This document shows positions 1 through 12,709 of a stretch of 60,000 bases of DNA, piece by piece. Positions within the stretch are counted from its first letter, which is position 1; every line of letters starts with the position of its first letter. A program made the translations under genes and the position numbers. The DNA comes from Felis catus (taxonomy: Eukaryota). The notes beneath the pieces were generated by a model. That model saw only the letters and a program-made list of their open reading frames with translations. It was not told the origin of the DNA and made no database searches. The stretch covers positions 116,376,001-116,436,000 of the forward strand of contig NC_058368.1 of the NCBI RefSeq assembly GCF_018350175.1, given 5' to 3'.

Positions 1-154
1 ACTGCTCTGACTTTGGCTTGCTGTGGAGGATTTTCTGAAGTTGCAGACTTCTTGATTAAGGCCGGGGCTGATATAGAACTTGGCTGCTCCACACCTCTAA
101 TGGAAGCTTCACAGGAGGGACACCTCGAGTTGGTTAAATATTTACTGGCTGCCG
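1..154 (+). CDS. ANKHD1: ANKHD1 coding exon (5' truncated by window), first ankyrin cluster
   Basis: Frame 1 reads TALTLACCGGFSEVADFLIKAGADIELGCSTPLMEASQEGHLELVKYLLAA+G, then donor gtatgt at 155 (phase 1). Ankyrin motifs; sequence recognised as ANKHD1. Confidence 0.96.
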
Positions 155-307
155 GTATGTGGCTTTAAAAGTGCCTTTTAAAAAAAGGCTTTTTATATAG
201 CTTTTGTAACTTTATCAATGAAACTTACTGTTTTATATCTATAAAAGGTGAACGCCAGCTCCACAATTGAATTGCTCTTCTTGGGCTCCTAAACCTCTGA
301 AATGTCA

Positions 308-346
308 TTTTTATTATTATTATTATTTTTAAAGTTTGTTTATCTT

Positions 347-382
<36 letters not shown>

Positions 383-1035
383 ACGCGAGCACAAATGGGA
401 GGAGGGGCAGAGAGAGGAGAGAAGGAATCCGAAGGAGGCTTTGCACTGTCAGCACAGAGCCCGACACCGGGCTCATTCTCAAGAACTGAGAGATCATGAC
501 CTGAGCCGAAACCAGTAGTCAGACGCATAACTGACTGAGCCACCTAGGTGCCCTGAAAAAAGGCATTTTTAATGTTTGTTATTTTATTTTATTTTATTTT
601 ATTTTATTTTATTTTATTTTATTTTATTTTATTTTATTTTATTTTTAAATGTTTATTTATTTTTGAGACAGAGAGAGACAGAGCATGAACGGGAGAGGGG
701 CAGAGAGAGAGGGAGACACAGAATCCGAAGCAGGCTCCAGGCTCTGAGCTGTCAGCCCAAAGCCCGACGCGGGGCTTGAACTCACGGACCGCGAGATCGT
801 GACCTGAGCTGAAGTCGGACACTTAACCGACTGAGCCACCCAGGCGCCCCAATGTTTATTTATTTTTGAGAGGGGGAAGGGAGGAGCAGAGAGAGGGAGA
901 CACAGAATCTGAAGCAAGCTCCAGGCTCTGAACTGTCAGCATAGAGCCTAGCATAGAGCTCAACCTCAGGAACTGCAAGATCATGACCTGAGCTGAAGTC
1001 AGATGCTTAACCGACTAAGCCACCCAGGTGCCCCC
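308..1035 (-). mobile_element. Three nested/stacked CAN-SINEs (about 308-553, 578-850, 851-1035)
   Basis: Each has the antisense tRNA-derived head (gagccacccaggcgcccc-like), (AG)n segment and T-rich tail. Confidence 0.92.
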
Positions 1036-1229
1036 AAAATGTCATTTTAAAAACGTTTTCTTATTGTTATTAATGTTTGTTTAGTGACCATAGGCTTCTC
1101 ATTGACCTTCTCTTTCCATTGAATGGTTTGAGGCTTCTTTCTGCAAGGGAAAAGTTAGCTTCTTCAAGTCTCTGTTGGAGAGATGGAGGTGGAGAGGACA
1201 TTATAAGAGGTTATAATTTGATACTTTTT

Positions 1230-1637
1230 AAAAAATATGTTTATTTTTGAAAGACACGGAGAGCGTGTGCACATGCGCCCAAGTAGGGGTGGGGCAGAGA
1301 GAGGAGGACAGAGGATCCGAAGCAGGCTCTGTGCTGATAGCAGAGAGCATGATGCTGGGCTCAAACTCATGAACCCTGAGATCATGACCTGAGCTAAAGT
1401 CAGATGTTTAAGTGACTGACTACAATTTGCTACTTAAAAAAAAGGGTTTTTTAATGTTTTTATTTATTTTTGAGAGACAGAGAGACAGAGCATGAGCGGG
1501 GGAGGGGCAGAGAGAGAGGGAGATAGAGAATCTGAAGCAGGCTCCAGGCTGTCAGCACAGAGCCCACATTCACAGACCTTGAGATCATGACCTGAGCTGA
1601 AGTCCGGAACCGACTGAGCTACTACCCAGGCACCCCT
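1230..1637 (-). mobile_element. Two tandem CAN-SINEs (about 1230-1420, 1447-1637)
   Basis: SINE bodies; flanking direct repeat tataatttgatactttt at about 1212 and 1637. Confidence 0.9.
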
Positions 1638-1768
1638 ATAATTTGATACTTTTAAGCCTATTGATTTCTTGACATTTCTAAGTCTTCTTAAAAGAAAAAA
1701 AAAAAAAAAGAACTAGTGGGAATTTAATTTTTGGCAGAAGTACTTAGTTTTAAAATAATTTGTGGTTA

Positions 1769-1906
1769 GGGGTGCCTGGGTGGCTCAGTCAGTTGAGCAT
1801 CTGACTTTGGCTCAGGTCATAATCTCGGGGTCCATGGGTTCTTGCCCCGCCTTGGGCTCTGTGCTGAAACGTGAAGCCTGGAGCCTCCTTCAAGTTCTGT
1901 GTCTGC

Positions 1907-1960
<54 letters not shown>

Positions 1961-2004
1961 AATGAATAAACTTTAAATAAGTTTTTTAATAAAAAATAAA
2001 AAAA
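1769..2004 (+). mobile_element. CAN-SINE
   Basis: ggggtgcctgggtggctcagtc head, (CT)n, A-rich tail. Confidence 0.92.
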
Positions 2005-3059
2005 ATTTGTGTTTTATACATTGTTGAGCATTAGTAAGAGATAAGTAGTTTTGAACAAAATATTTGTAGTTTATAGAGCAAAATAAGAATATACCAGGAA
2101 AAAAAAATGATACAGATATATACCTTTATATATTCTTTAGAAAAATTTTCTTTTTTATCCATGTCTGATATATTCTTTAAAACTTGATATATTAAAGAAA
2201 TTAATATGTAAAGGAAAATAAAATATATAGCAAAATTTTATTCATCCTTATTACTTTATTCATCCTTTCACTGTTAACATTAATTTCATTACAGCTCAGC
2301 TGCAATTTTTTTTGAATTATTACTGAAATAATTTCTTAGCGTTGTTAATGGGTCAGATGATTGTTTAGATTTTGACCAAAAGTACAAACCAATCATACCT
2401 AAAAGCTGAACTCTTCTTGCACTCAAATGTTATTAATCACTGAAGTTATTGTATGCATTAATCAGTCATTATACCTCCACCATTTTCAGTAACTGTCTGT
2501 GTCCCCTGTAGGAGTCCTTACCAGTGGTTACCTTTCTATGGTCTTCCCATGTCCCTCTAAGTAAAGTCTTGCTGTTTTGAGAGGCTTTTAAAAGAAGGCA
2601 TAAATGTTTACTAAGAAGTTATTGAACACCAGACATTCTGCTTAGTTCTCATGTGATCTCTATTAATTACCATTGGTCCTGGTATAGTAAGAAATATTAA
2701 ACACATTCTTATGGATATGGAAACAGTGCTCAATCATGTTACCCTAAGGTAACTAACCTAATAAGTGACAGACAATATTTAAACTTAGAACTCCTGACAT
2801 TGTTTTTTCTATTGTACCACCATGGAGTCTCATATTTAGCTACTTATGGTAATTTGAAGTATGTAGTTTCCAGAACTATCTCAGGGTTTGAGAATCAATT
2901 TTTTATATGATCACTATTTAAAAAAATTATTTTTCCATATTAGAGTGTGTTTAACTTACATGAAGTTCTTTTTAGAGTATAGCACTAAAAAAACACCCAA
3001 CAGATATTTTAATACATTGCCTATACCATTTTAAAAAATTCAAGAACCTTTTTTTTTTA

Positions 3060-5060
3060 ATAACTTTTTTGTTATGGCATTTTTTCAAACACAGAAAATA
3101 GTATAATGAACCCTTAGAGCCTGTCACCCAGCTTTACCAATTTTTAATTTATGGCCCATCTCATTTCATCTATACTTTCTCCATATCTCCCATTTATTTT
3201 TATAATATTGTTTTTTATTGAGCTATAACTGATATATAACATTAGTTTCAAGTATACAACCGAATGAGTTGATATTTGTATATATTGTGAAACGATTACC
3301 ACACTAAGTCTAGCTACCATCTGTCACCATATATACTTACAGAAACATTTTTATTTTCATTTTTATTTTAAGTTTATTTATTTTAAGAGAGAGACAGAAT
3401 ATGTACACAAGCAGCAGAGGGCCAGAGAGAAAGGAAGAGAAAGAATCCTAAGTATCCTCTATGCTGTCAATGCAGACTCTGACACCAGCTTGGCTCCCTC
3501 CCAGGATGGTGAGATCATGACCTGAGCTTAACCGACTGAGCCCCACCCAGGCACCCCCTACCTAAAATTTTTAAATAATAATTCCTTAGTATCATTAAAT
3601 GTCTAAGCAGTTTCACATTTTTCTTACAAATGTGAGTGTGTATGTTTAATGGCTTTTTTGAATTAAGATTCAAGTAAGATTTATACAACTGTTGATCAGT
3701 ATGTCTCTTAAGTCTCTTTTGTCTATGGGCTCCCCTTCCAGGCTTCTCTTCCATCTTTCTATTTCCTTGCAAGTTTTGATTGAAGAAATGGAATGTTAAT
3801 CCTTTAGGCTTCCCACAGTATGGGTTTTGCTAATTGTATCTCCATGATTTTATTTTACTTGTTTTTCTGTCTCTTGGGTTTCCTTCAAAGTAGTAGTTAG
3901 ATCTAGAAAAAATTTGGGTATGACATGTTTGTTTGTTTTACTAGACTACTTCATAGGTAGTATTTGTATACTTTCTTCAGACAGTAGTAAATGTGTGATT
4001 ATCTCTTTTTGTGATATTGTTAGCCATAAATGATCACTGCTTATATCCATTAATTCGTTCGGAGTTACAAAGTGGTGATGTTCTCACTTCTTTTATTCCT
4101 TACTTGTTTAATAGCTGGAATATGTCCATAAAGAGAAACTTCCCTTCATCACCTATCTGGTTACCCTTAGGTATAAATCATATGAAAACAGCAGTTTAAT
4201 CTTTCCCCCTTTTATTTACCAGTTTCCAAAATAATGAGGTGATCCCCTAGCATCCTTCAGTGGTGACCAATGAAGTGGTTTTTTGTTTTTTGTTTGAACA
4301 TCGTTTGAACTTTCGAGTTTAAACATATATGATGGGTTGTACTGCATCACAGTCCTTATATGATGGATTGTACTGCATCACAGTCCTTATTCTTTTAGAA
4401 GCAAAAACTGTGGAAAGGTGAGACCATTTGATAAATTTTGGTCAGTAAGCTTAGGTCCTAAATCCTTTTGATGTGACCTCGCTATATAGTCTCTGATAGT
4501 TTCCTTGCTTTCTGCTATGGCGAGGTATTTCAGACACATCTCAGTACAGATTCTGCCCTAGTCTTGGTACCAATCATTTTTCTAAAAAGCCCTAATTCCA
4601 TTTTGTAGGAAATGGTATGTAGCAGAGACCACACTGTAAGCTAGAGACTGTTTCTGTTTGGTCTGTCATTATGTCTAGGACTTTTTGGTTTGTCAGAGTT
4701 AGGAAATATTTATTTTTCTTACGGATAAATTGAACTCTTAAACAGTTCATGTCAGTGCCTGCAGTTCAGAACCATAGAGTTTTTACTTAACCTCAACAAT
4801 CTTCGATCTTTGTTTTCTTTCAACCGTGCCAAAATTTCACTCCTCACCAAAGGATTGCTCATTTGATTTTACCGTAATATCCACAGAACTATTTCAGAGT
4901 ACAGACCAACACTACCACCAATATGATTTCTGAAAACTGATATTTTTTGGTTTTTCAGCTCTTCTCTCCTCTCCCCTCCACTTGGAGTGTATCTTACTGG
5001 GGACATATAGGGGAATTACTGTGTTTTAAAATAATTTGCTTTATGTGCTTCAGCAGCACA
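3060..5060 (-). mobile_element. Old fragmented L1 (L1MC/L1ME-like 3' region) interrupted by a CAN-SINE at about 3347-3558
   Basis: Degenerate motifs typical of ancient L1 3' ends (aaatagtataatgaaccc, gaaacttcccttcatc, tcatttttctaaaaagccc); subfamily from memory. Confidence 0.55.
4326..4390. repeat. 31-bp tandem duplication
   Basis: tatatgatgg[g/a]ttgtactgcatcacagtcct twice, one mismatch. Confidence 0.95.
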
Positions 5061-5144
5061 TAAACTAATATTAAAATAATTTGATTTAGTCCCTTTCTGT
5101 ATGCTCAAAGGCATTTTTACAAAGCAGATTGAAAAGAAAATTAA

Positions 5145-5297
5145 GGTGCGCCTGGGTGGCTCAATTAAGCTTCTGAATTTGGCTCATGTCATGATCTCAC
5201 AGCTTGAGTTTGAGACCTGCGTGGGGCTCTGTGCTGACAGCTCTGAGCCTGGAGCCTGTTTCAGATTCTGCCCCTCCCCCACACTCTCACACTTGTG

Positions 5298-5329
<32 letters not shown>

Positions 5330-5360
5330 AATAAACATTAAAAAATATGTTAAAAAAAAA
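5145..5360 (+). mobile_element. CAN-SINE
   Basis: SINE head, (CT)n, poly(A). Confidence 0.9.
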
Positions 5361-5491
5361 ATTAGGATACTTAAAATACTTTCTAATATTTTCATATTTT
5401 GAATTCATCAATTTCACGAAATTATAAAACTTAACCATTTAATATAATTTTACAGTTTATGAAGTAAACGTTTGGTTTTTTTGCTTGCTAG

Positions 5492-5601
5492 GTGCTAATG
5501 TTCATGCTACAACAGCAACAGGAGACACAGCCTTAACCTATGCTTGTGAAAATGGACATACGGATGTTGCAGATGTTTTACTTCAAGCAGGCGCTGACTT
5601 A
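5492..5601 (+). CDS. ANKHD1: ANKHD1 coding exon, ankyrin repeat
   Basis: ttgctag| (G)ANVHATTATGDTALTYACENGHTDVADVLLQAGADL |gtaaga; 110 nt, phase 1 to 0. Confidence 0.97.
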
Positions 5602-6232
5602 GTAAGATACAATTCTTAAATTTCTTTTGTGAATGTTGATGCTACATCTATTTTTAACATTTAGAAAACACAAGTAAAAGAAATCAATAGTTTGCATACT
5701 TTGTAGAAAATAACTTTTAAAAAAGTTTTGCTATTTGTTGCATTTATTAAATATATTTGAAAGTACTTAGTTTTTAATAGGTCATTTTGTTTCCTGGGTA
5801 AAACTATTAGTTGGTTTCTTCCACTTACTCCAATCTCATTTGTCATTCCCGAACTTTTTAAACGGCTCTTTATTAGACATATCATAAATTCAGCGATATG
5901 TTTACAGAATAGAATAACCTATCAAATCACTTTGAGTGATTTCTTTTGTTTCTTTAATTAGTTTGACATATAAAAACAAAGCTACTATCCTCTTCCTAAC
6001 AACATTAGTATAGTATTCTATTCTTTTTTGTTCTTTTATTTTCTATTTTGGTTTTTCAAAATTTCAAATTAGATGGCAACTTCATTTGTGCAATAATTGT
6101 TGCAAATGTGGAAAATTACACATAATTTTTCACTTTAAAGATGACTACTTCTTCCTGAAATGTGTGCTTTGACTAATTTTCATTTTGTGAGGGTACTTTA
6201 AACTGCTTTCTAGAGTTTCTCCCTGAATTACC

Positions 6233-6458
6233 TTTTTTTTTTTTAAGTTTATTTATTTTGAGAGCGAGTGTGCACATGCATCTGCGTCAATTGGGGAGAG
6301 GCAGAGAGAGAGGGAGAGAGAGAATTCCGAATAGTCTCAGCGCTATTTGCGCAGAGCTTGACTGTGGGCCTTGATCTCCTGAATCCAATCATGGGATCAT
6401 GACGTGAGCTGAAATCAAGAGTCAGATGCTTAACCGACTGTGCCATCCAGACACCCCT
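6233..6458 (-). mobile_element. CAN-SINE
   Basis: Antisense SINE, flanked by ctccctgaatt direct repeat. Confidence 0.9.
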
Positions 6459-7297
6459 CCCTGAATTTCCTTATATATTTCTTAAAAATCTGTGTGTGAT
6501 ATGCACAGCTATGAGTGTTTTAGAGAATTTATATATTAAAGTTATTTTGGAAAAACTGTGCAAATATTGCCTTTTAAACCATTTCTAATAATAGACATTC
6601 CCACATAGATACCTGAGAACATTGTTGGAAAATAATTATGGGTTAACATAAATGCATAGTATGATTGTCCTATTTATTATCATTTCTACTAATACTAAAT
6701 ATTATACTGATAACACTGGTATTCATTCTCAGTAATCAGGATCTGCCCCATCAGTTAGAATTTCTGAGAGGTGTACCTTTTTTGCTTGAAAATTACGCAG
6801 AATGATATGTTAAGTAGATCTTAATATTCTGCCCTCTTTCTATATCTTTTTCCTTTTTTACACTTGCTTTGGGTCATCCATAAAAATTAGAAATTGAAGT
6901 ATTTCATCATTTGAAATAAAGAAATAAGATACAGTATAAAAGCTATATGCAAAGTTTAATACTTTTATCCTCTGAATTCTCTCTTCCTTCCATCTTTCTA
7001 TAGCAGTCATTTTCTTAATCTGTTTATTGAAAATTATTATGGAAATGTTAAATAGTAAAAAGAGGTACTGTCTGTTAAATAGAATCTAATATATAGCAAA
7101 ATTTACGGGATTTTAACTGAGTTAAAAATCTGGTATGAAATATTTTTAAATGTTTTACTTTTATAATCTTCTGTAATTACATAAATAGGGTGTGATTAAA
7201 ATTCCTCAGGACAATTACATTAGCAGATAGAAAGATTTGAATTTATCATACCTGTACATTCAAACTGTAAGATTAAGAAGTGGCTCAGATAAACATA

Positions 7298-7300
<3 letters not shown>

Positions 7301-7344
<44 letters not shown>
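7301..7344. repeat. (AT)n microsatellite
   Basis: About 22 perfect AT units. Confidence 0.97.
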
Positions 7345-7346
<2 letters not shown>

Positions 7347-8339
7347 TAAGTAGAAAGGTAATACTGTTATTCTAATATAACTTTATTTTTCTATTTTGCA
7401 ATCTGTCTTTGCATTTATATTTATGTGTAATTATAACCATAGTGTAATATAGTTCTCTATTTTTTTCCACTGTGCATTCTATCATAATCTTTTCCATATT
7501 GCTACATAGTCTCTATATTTATAACTCTTCTGTTAAGTTAATGACCCATAATATTCACTTATTAAATTGAACTTTTGACTTGCTTTTCATTTTTCACTAT
7601 TATAAATACTGTTAAGATTTAATACCTACATGTGCATAACTTTTTTTCTTTTGAATAATTTCATATATTGATTTTAACTTTAAAAATATATTGCCCATTC
7701 CATGCTTTTGCTGTCTGTGTAAAGACATTTTAATGTTAATACCAGTTCTTTTCTTGGTTAATAAGAAGCAGTACTTGTTCTTTATATAAAATGCGGCAAG
7801 TATGGGAAAGTATAGTAAATTTGCTAATTAAAACCTATAAGTAAATTGTGATTTCAGGCCTTACTATATAAGCCAGAGTGGGGGAAACAGGACATAATCA
7901 AAAATAAGAAGTGAGTAAAGCAGGCAGATCAGTGCGAATCCTGAGGAAAAGTGACTGATGATTTTTACTAGCTGAACCTTGCAAGGCAGTAGTTTCTCTC
8001 TTGTCCTCCCTTCTTTGCTGCCACCTCCTAGCATGTGTTTTGGACTGTACTGATTTCCTCCATTGGCTTGCAGACGGAAGACTTTGCACTCCCCTTCTAT
8101 TCCTGGCATCCCATAATTGTGTTCCTGATACCTAGATTTGCTAGTTGTTTAAGTTAAATGAATATTTTGGTGTGTGGGGGCTGGCTGAGAACCTTCATTT
8201 GGGGGCAACTATTTTTACCTTCAGTTTTAAATAAAGATATACAAGTCAACCTTTGGAACACAGTTTGAACAAACCCCTATGCTTTGTTAGATTTTGGAGC
8301 CTAACTTTTGCCACAGTTTAAGGTTTTGATATTACAGTT

Positions 8340-8568
8340 GTTGTTTTTTTTAATTTTTTTTTTTTCAACGTTTATTTATTTTTGGGACAGAGAGAGACAG
8401 AGCACGAACGGGGGAGGGGCAGAGAGAGAGGGAGACACAGAATCGGAAACAGGCTCCAGGCTCTGAGCCATCAGCCCAGAGCCTGATGCGGGGCTCGAAC
8501 TCCCAGACCGCGAGATCGTGACCTGGCTGAAGTCGGACGCTTAACCGACTGCGCCACCCAGGCGCCCC
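8340..8568 (-). mobile_element. Young felid CAN-SINE (SINEC_Fc-like) with 14-bp TSD
   Basis: CpG-rich body; TSD ttgatattacagtt at 8326-8339 and 8569-8582. Confidence 0.95.
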
Positions 8569-10698
8569 TTGATATTACAGTTTTTAAAGAAGAGCTTAAA
8601 AGCTACTGTTTCCCGTTCATTAAAATATCTTGTACCAGAATCAGGTAGCATATTAATTTTGGTTTTATAAAAATTTAATGCAACAATTTGGTTTTCTTAT
8701 ATTGTAGCCTGAGATGAAACTGAGAAGTTTTAGGGCTTTTTATTCTAAATGTTTAGTAGATATAATTGAGGGCTTAATGTTAAAGGAAATCTAGAAATTT
8801 TCTTATTTACTGCTTTAAAAACATTCTCAGCCAGAGCTGATGGCATACTTGAGCATTTTCAGGTAGATCCTCCAAAATATGTGCATGTTCTAATTTGAAA
8901 CTTAGTTATTTGAAACATCACTTTTCCTAGTTTAAAAAAATATTTTAAATTAAAAATATTTATGGGTATTTCTAGTAAAAAAGGACATTTAATATTTCAT
9001 CATATTCATCCATATCAATTTGTGGATTGGTATGTAGCTTGTCTAGCTTTTTCATAATTGAATACGTTTGAATAATCTATTTAAAACCTAGGCTTTTTAT
9101 TATCCTTAAATAGGCCACTTAAAATGTTCTTTTTGAAAATCAAAAATTAAATGAAAAATCATCCATTGATTCCAGAATTTTTTGAAAATTCTTCCTGTTT
9201 AACAAGGAGAATCATTTTAACTACCCTAAAAGTAGAGAAATCTCTGAGCAGATCATCTAATCCATATCTTCCTGGTGTTTGTGTTTCTTATTACCACAGT
9301 AATGGGAATAATTGTATATTGAAATATACAATGTTTTCTTTTTCTGCATACCATCTTTGTTTATTGGGCCCATGTTTGTGTTTAGTATTTGATGTGATTA
9401 CAGGTATATGATGTAAACCCATTGTAAGAAAGTTTATATTAAAACACATTAGCATTACTTAAAATTTAAAAGAAATATTTTTTTAAAAACTGCCCTTGGA
9501 AACTACTTAATCTTGTTTCTCTGAAAAGAAATTTTTATATTATTCATGTCCTGGCACATTTATTACCTAACTCTTTGATCAGAAATTACTAATAACACCA
9601 TTTAATAACTGAAATTGACTAACTCCTCTAGTCTTTTTGACACTGCTCTGGTATCCTACATTATTACTCTAGGCCATTCTCCCCAATTACTGGTCGTTAG
9701 ACCAGAAGGCAGAGTTTTAGTATTTCATACTTGTTCTCATCTCTGTAGCTATCCAGCTTCAGCTAAAGCACTTATGGCTTTATTTGTTTTACCACAGTCT
9801 TCCCATTACTATTACTTTTCATGTTTAAGGTGGAGAATTTGCGCTGTTAACTATGCAATAGTATAATTTGATTATAAAACTCTGCTTCTTTTTTTTCCTC
9901 TTGGCTTGCTTTTAATTTTGACTTTGTGTTAGCTAATATGTCAGAGGTGTTTTGATTTGGTGTTTATGTTTTTCAAACCGTTTGTGAAGATGATAGAATC
10001 TTTTTCTTTTCATCGTGACATGTTCATTTCAGTATTAAAACTTTGACCATTTGTAAGATATAAGTTGTAATTGTCATCTGTAGAATTTCCTTCACGTGTA
10101 TTTGCCACCAAGGCCAACTTTGGAATGGGAAAAAGAGTGATATATAAATCAGGTAAATAAGTATTTCTTTCTTGTCTCCAGCTCCTTGGCCTTTCATTTC
10201 TAGAAGAGTTATATCGTAGTATAACTGATCAGTAAGTTCTGAACTCAAGGAGTACTTCCTATAATAAACAACTAATACAGCTAATAGGAACTGTAAGTAC
10301 ATTCTAGTTATGTTCATATAAAGAGATTTAGTGACCCAACTTAGCATTTTATAGGCCAGCATTGCTATTCAAAAGTAGAACTTACTCTAGGAAGAAGTAC
10401 CTATGGAAGGCATCCTATAATCCTGTATCTGACTGGAGGTCTAATGAGTAACAAAGTCTACTCTTAGTTGTTTAAAAAGAACTATGCTATGGAACATTAG
10501 AGAGTGCATATAAGTTTTCATTATAGCCATCAAGTCACTGATACAATAAGCAAATACTTGTCTCAATCTTCTCATTTGTAAAATGAAATTTAGTATTATT
10601 TTCTGAACTCTTGTACCAAGTCATGTAAATATTCTTTCTTTGGCTCTGCTGGGTGTCCTTGGGCAAATCACTTAAATTCTCTAGGTTTCTTTGTTTCT

Positions 10699-10760
10699 CT
10701 TCCTCTTCCTCCTCCTCCTCCTCCTCCTCCTCCTCCTCCTCCTCCTCCTCCTCCTCCTAT
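10699..10760. repeat. (CCT)n microsatellite
   Basis: Directly visible; source of the poly-Arg in ORF 10681..10995. Confidence 0.95.
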
Positions 10761-10836
10761 TCTTCCTTTTCCTTTTTTTATGAGGGGTGTAGACTAGATG
10801 ATCTTTAACAACCTGGCTTAAGAAATCTAATTTTCT

Positions 10837-11021
10837 GGGGCGCCTGGGTGGGTCAGTTGGGTAAGCAGCTGACTTGGGCTCAGGTCGTGATCTCACAGTT
10901 GTGAGTTTGAGCCCTGCATTGGGCCCTCTGCTGTTAACACAAGCCTGCTTCAGATCCTTTGTCTCCCTCTCTCTCTTCCCTTTCCCTGCACTCACTCTCC
11001 CTCAAAAATAAATAAACATTA
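10837..11021 (+). mobile_element. CAN-SINE
   Basis: ggggcgcctgggtgg head, aataaataaa tail. Confidence 0.9.
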
Positions 11022-11145
11022 ATTTTGTAATTTCTGAAGAGCAAGTGAACTACCTATTTGGAGGAATTAGATGGACTAGATGATCTTCAGTGGTTTGTTA
11101 GTCCAAGAATGTATAAAGTGCTATGAAATCCTTAAAGAAAATGAA

Positions 11146-11355
11146 TTTTTTTAAGTTTATTTATTTTGAGAGTAAAAGAGAGAGGGCGCATGTGCATGTA
11201 AGCCGGGGAGGAGCAGAGAGAGAGAGAGGGAGAGAATTCTCCACAGTCTCTGCATTGTCAGTGCAGAGCGTGATGTGGGGCTCGAACCCACAAACCGTGA
11301 GGTCATCACCAAAGCCAAAGTTGAAGCTTAACCAACTGAGCCACCCAGATGCCCC
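11146..11355 (-). mobile_element. CAN-SINE
   Basis: Flanked by aaagaaaatgaatttt direct repeat. Confidence 0.9.
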
Positions 11356-12474
11356 AAAGAAAATGAATTTTCAAGATTATAAACCATCACTGGTAATGGT
11401 GATAAGTGTTATATAAATTATTCTCTCTCTTAAAATATTTATATAGATTAGATGTATCTTGAATTACCTTCAACATTATTTTTGTTGTTAATTTTAATTA
11501 ATAGCAGATTTAACTTGTCATAACATTGTATAGATTATCTTACTAGATAAAAGCTATTAATCCCTAAAATACACAATTAACTTAGACTATGCCAATAAAG
11601 CAAAATCTGGCATTATAATGATAAATCATTATTTCTTTGACCCTAAGTCTTTTATCAATATTTTATCCTAAAAGCTGTTAAAGAAATAGGAAGAATTTCC
11701 TTGACGTGGATTTTTATTTTAAGTAATCTATTTGCTCAAGAATAGAAGTCTTTCCAGTTATCTTTGGAATTATTCAATTATAAATACTTTCTTTTTTTCT
11801 TACAGTTGACGTTTATTTCAAATAGCAAGATAAACTTGTGTTACATCTTCTCATCTTATATACCTTAAAACTTTTCAAAATGTCCTCTGCATAGGATTCT
11901 TTTTTACAGCTTTGGCTTTCAAGTATATGTAGACATTGTTCAATGAGAGACAAAGGATTTAGAATGCCATTTTACTTTAAGATATTTGCCACCTTGAAGA
12001 TAAGGGATGGAAGGAAAGGATACCAAGGACATGAGATAGAACATGGGTTTTTTGTTATGCTCACAATGAATCTGTTTTAGAAGAAATAAATAAATAGAAC
12101 CAACCTAAAGAAGTGTGGTAGGTACACAGCCTTGCTAATTATGATATCTCTGCTGTACTGAGGAGTAGTTGGTCCTGGGCCAATCAGTTATTTTCCTCAT
12201 TATTGTGGCTAAATTATTGTATAACTAAAGTTTATAATTGATTGAAAAATTTGTTTCTTAGTTTTAAATAGGTGATTTCTTTATAGGGTTCAAAATTCAC
12301 AAAATATAAAAGTGTCCCATAGGCACTTAGTTTCCATTGACAATCAATACTGTTCATTTCCTGTATCCTTCCAGAGATATTTTATGTGTGTATGATGAAA
12401 AGTCACATATGTTGACGGAAATAGTCATCACTGCTCAATGCTTTGTATAAATTCCTTATTGAGATAGAATTTTG

Positions 12475-12709
12475 TTTTTTTTTATAAATTAAAAAAAAAA
12501 TTTTAATGTTTATTTTTGAGAGAGAGAGAGAGAGAAGACAGAGCATGAGTAGGGGAGAGGCAGAGAGAGAGAAAGACACAGAATCAGAAGCAGACTCCCG
12601 GCTCTGAACTTTCAGGACAGAGCCTGATGCGGGACTTGAAGTCATGAACTGTGAGATCGTGACCTGAACCAAAGTTCGATGCTTAACTGACTGAGCCACC
12701 CATGCACCC
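12475..12709 (-). mobile_element. CAN-SINE
   Basis: Antisense SINE consensus motifs. Confidence 0.9.

Noticed and set aside
7865..7872. TATATAAG as TATA box of an internal promoter
   Set aside because: No CpG island or other support; such words are frequent in AT-rich introns.
7955..7976. TGATGA...CTGA as a C/D box snoRNA
   Set aside because: Boxes are only about 10 nt apart with no terminal stem; too short for a snoRNA.
10681..10995. Protamine-like poly-Arg ORF
   Set aside because: Made of an antisense SINE plus a (CCT)n microsatellite.
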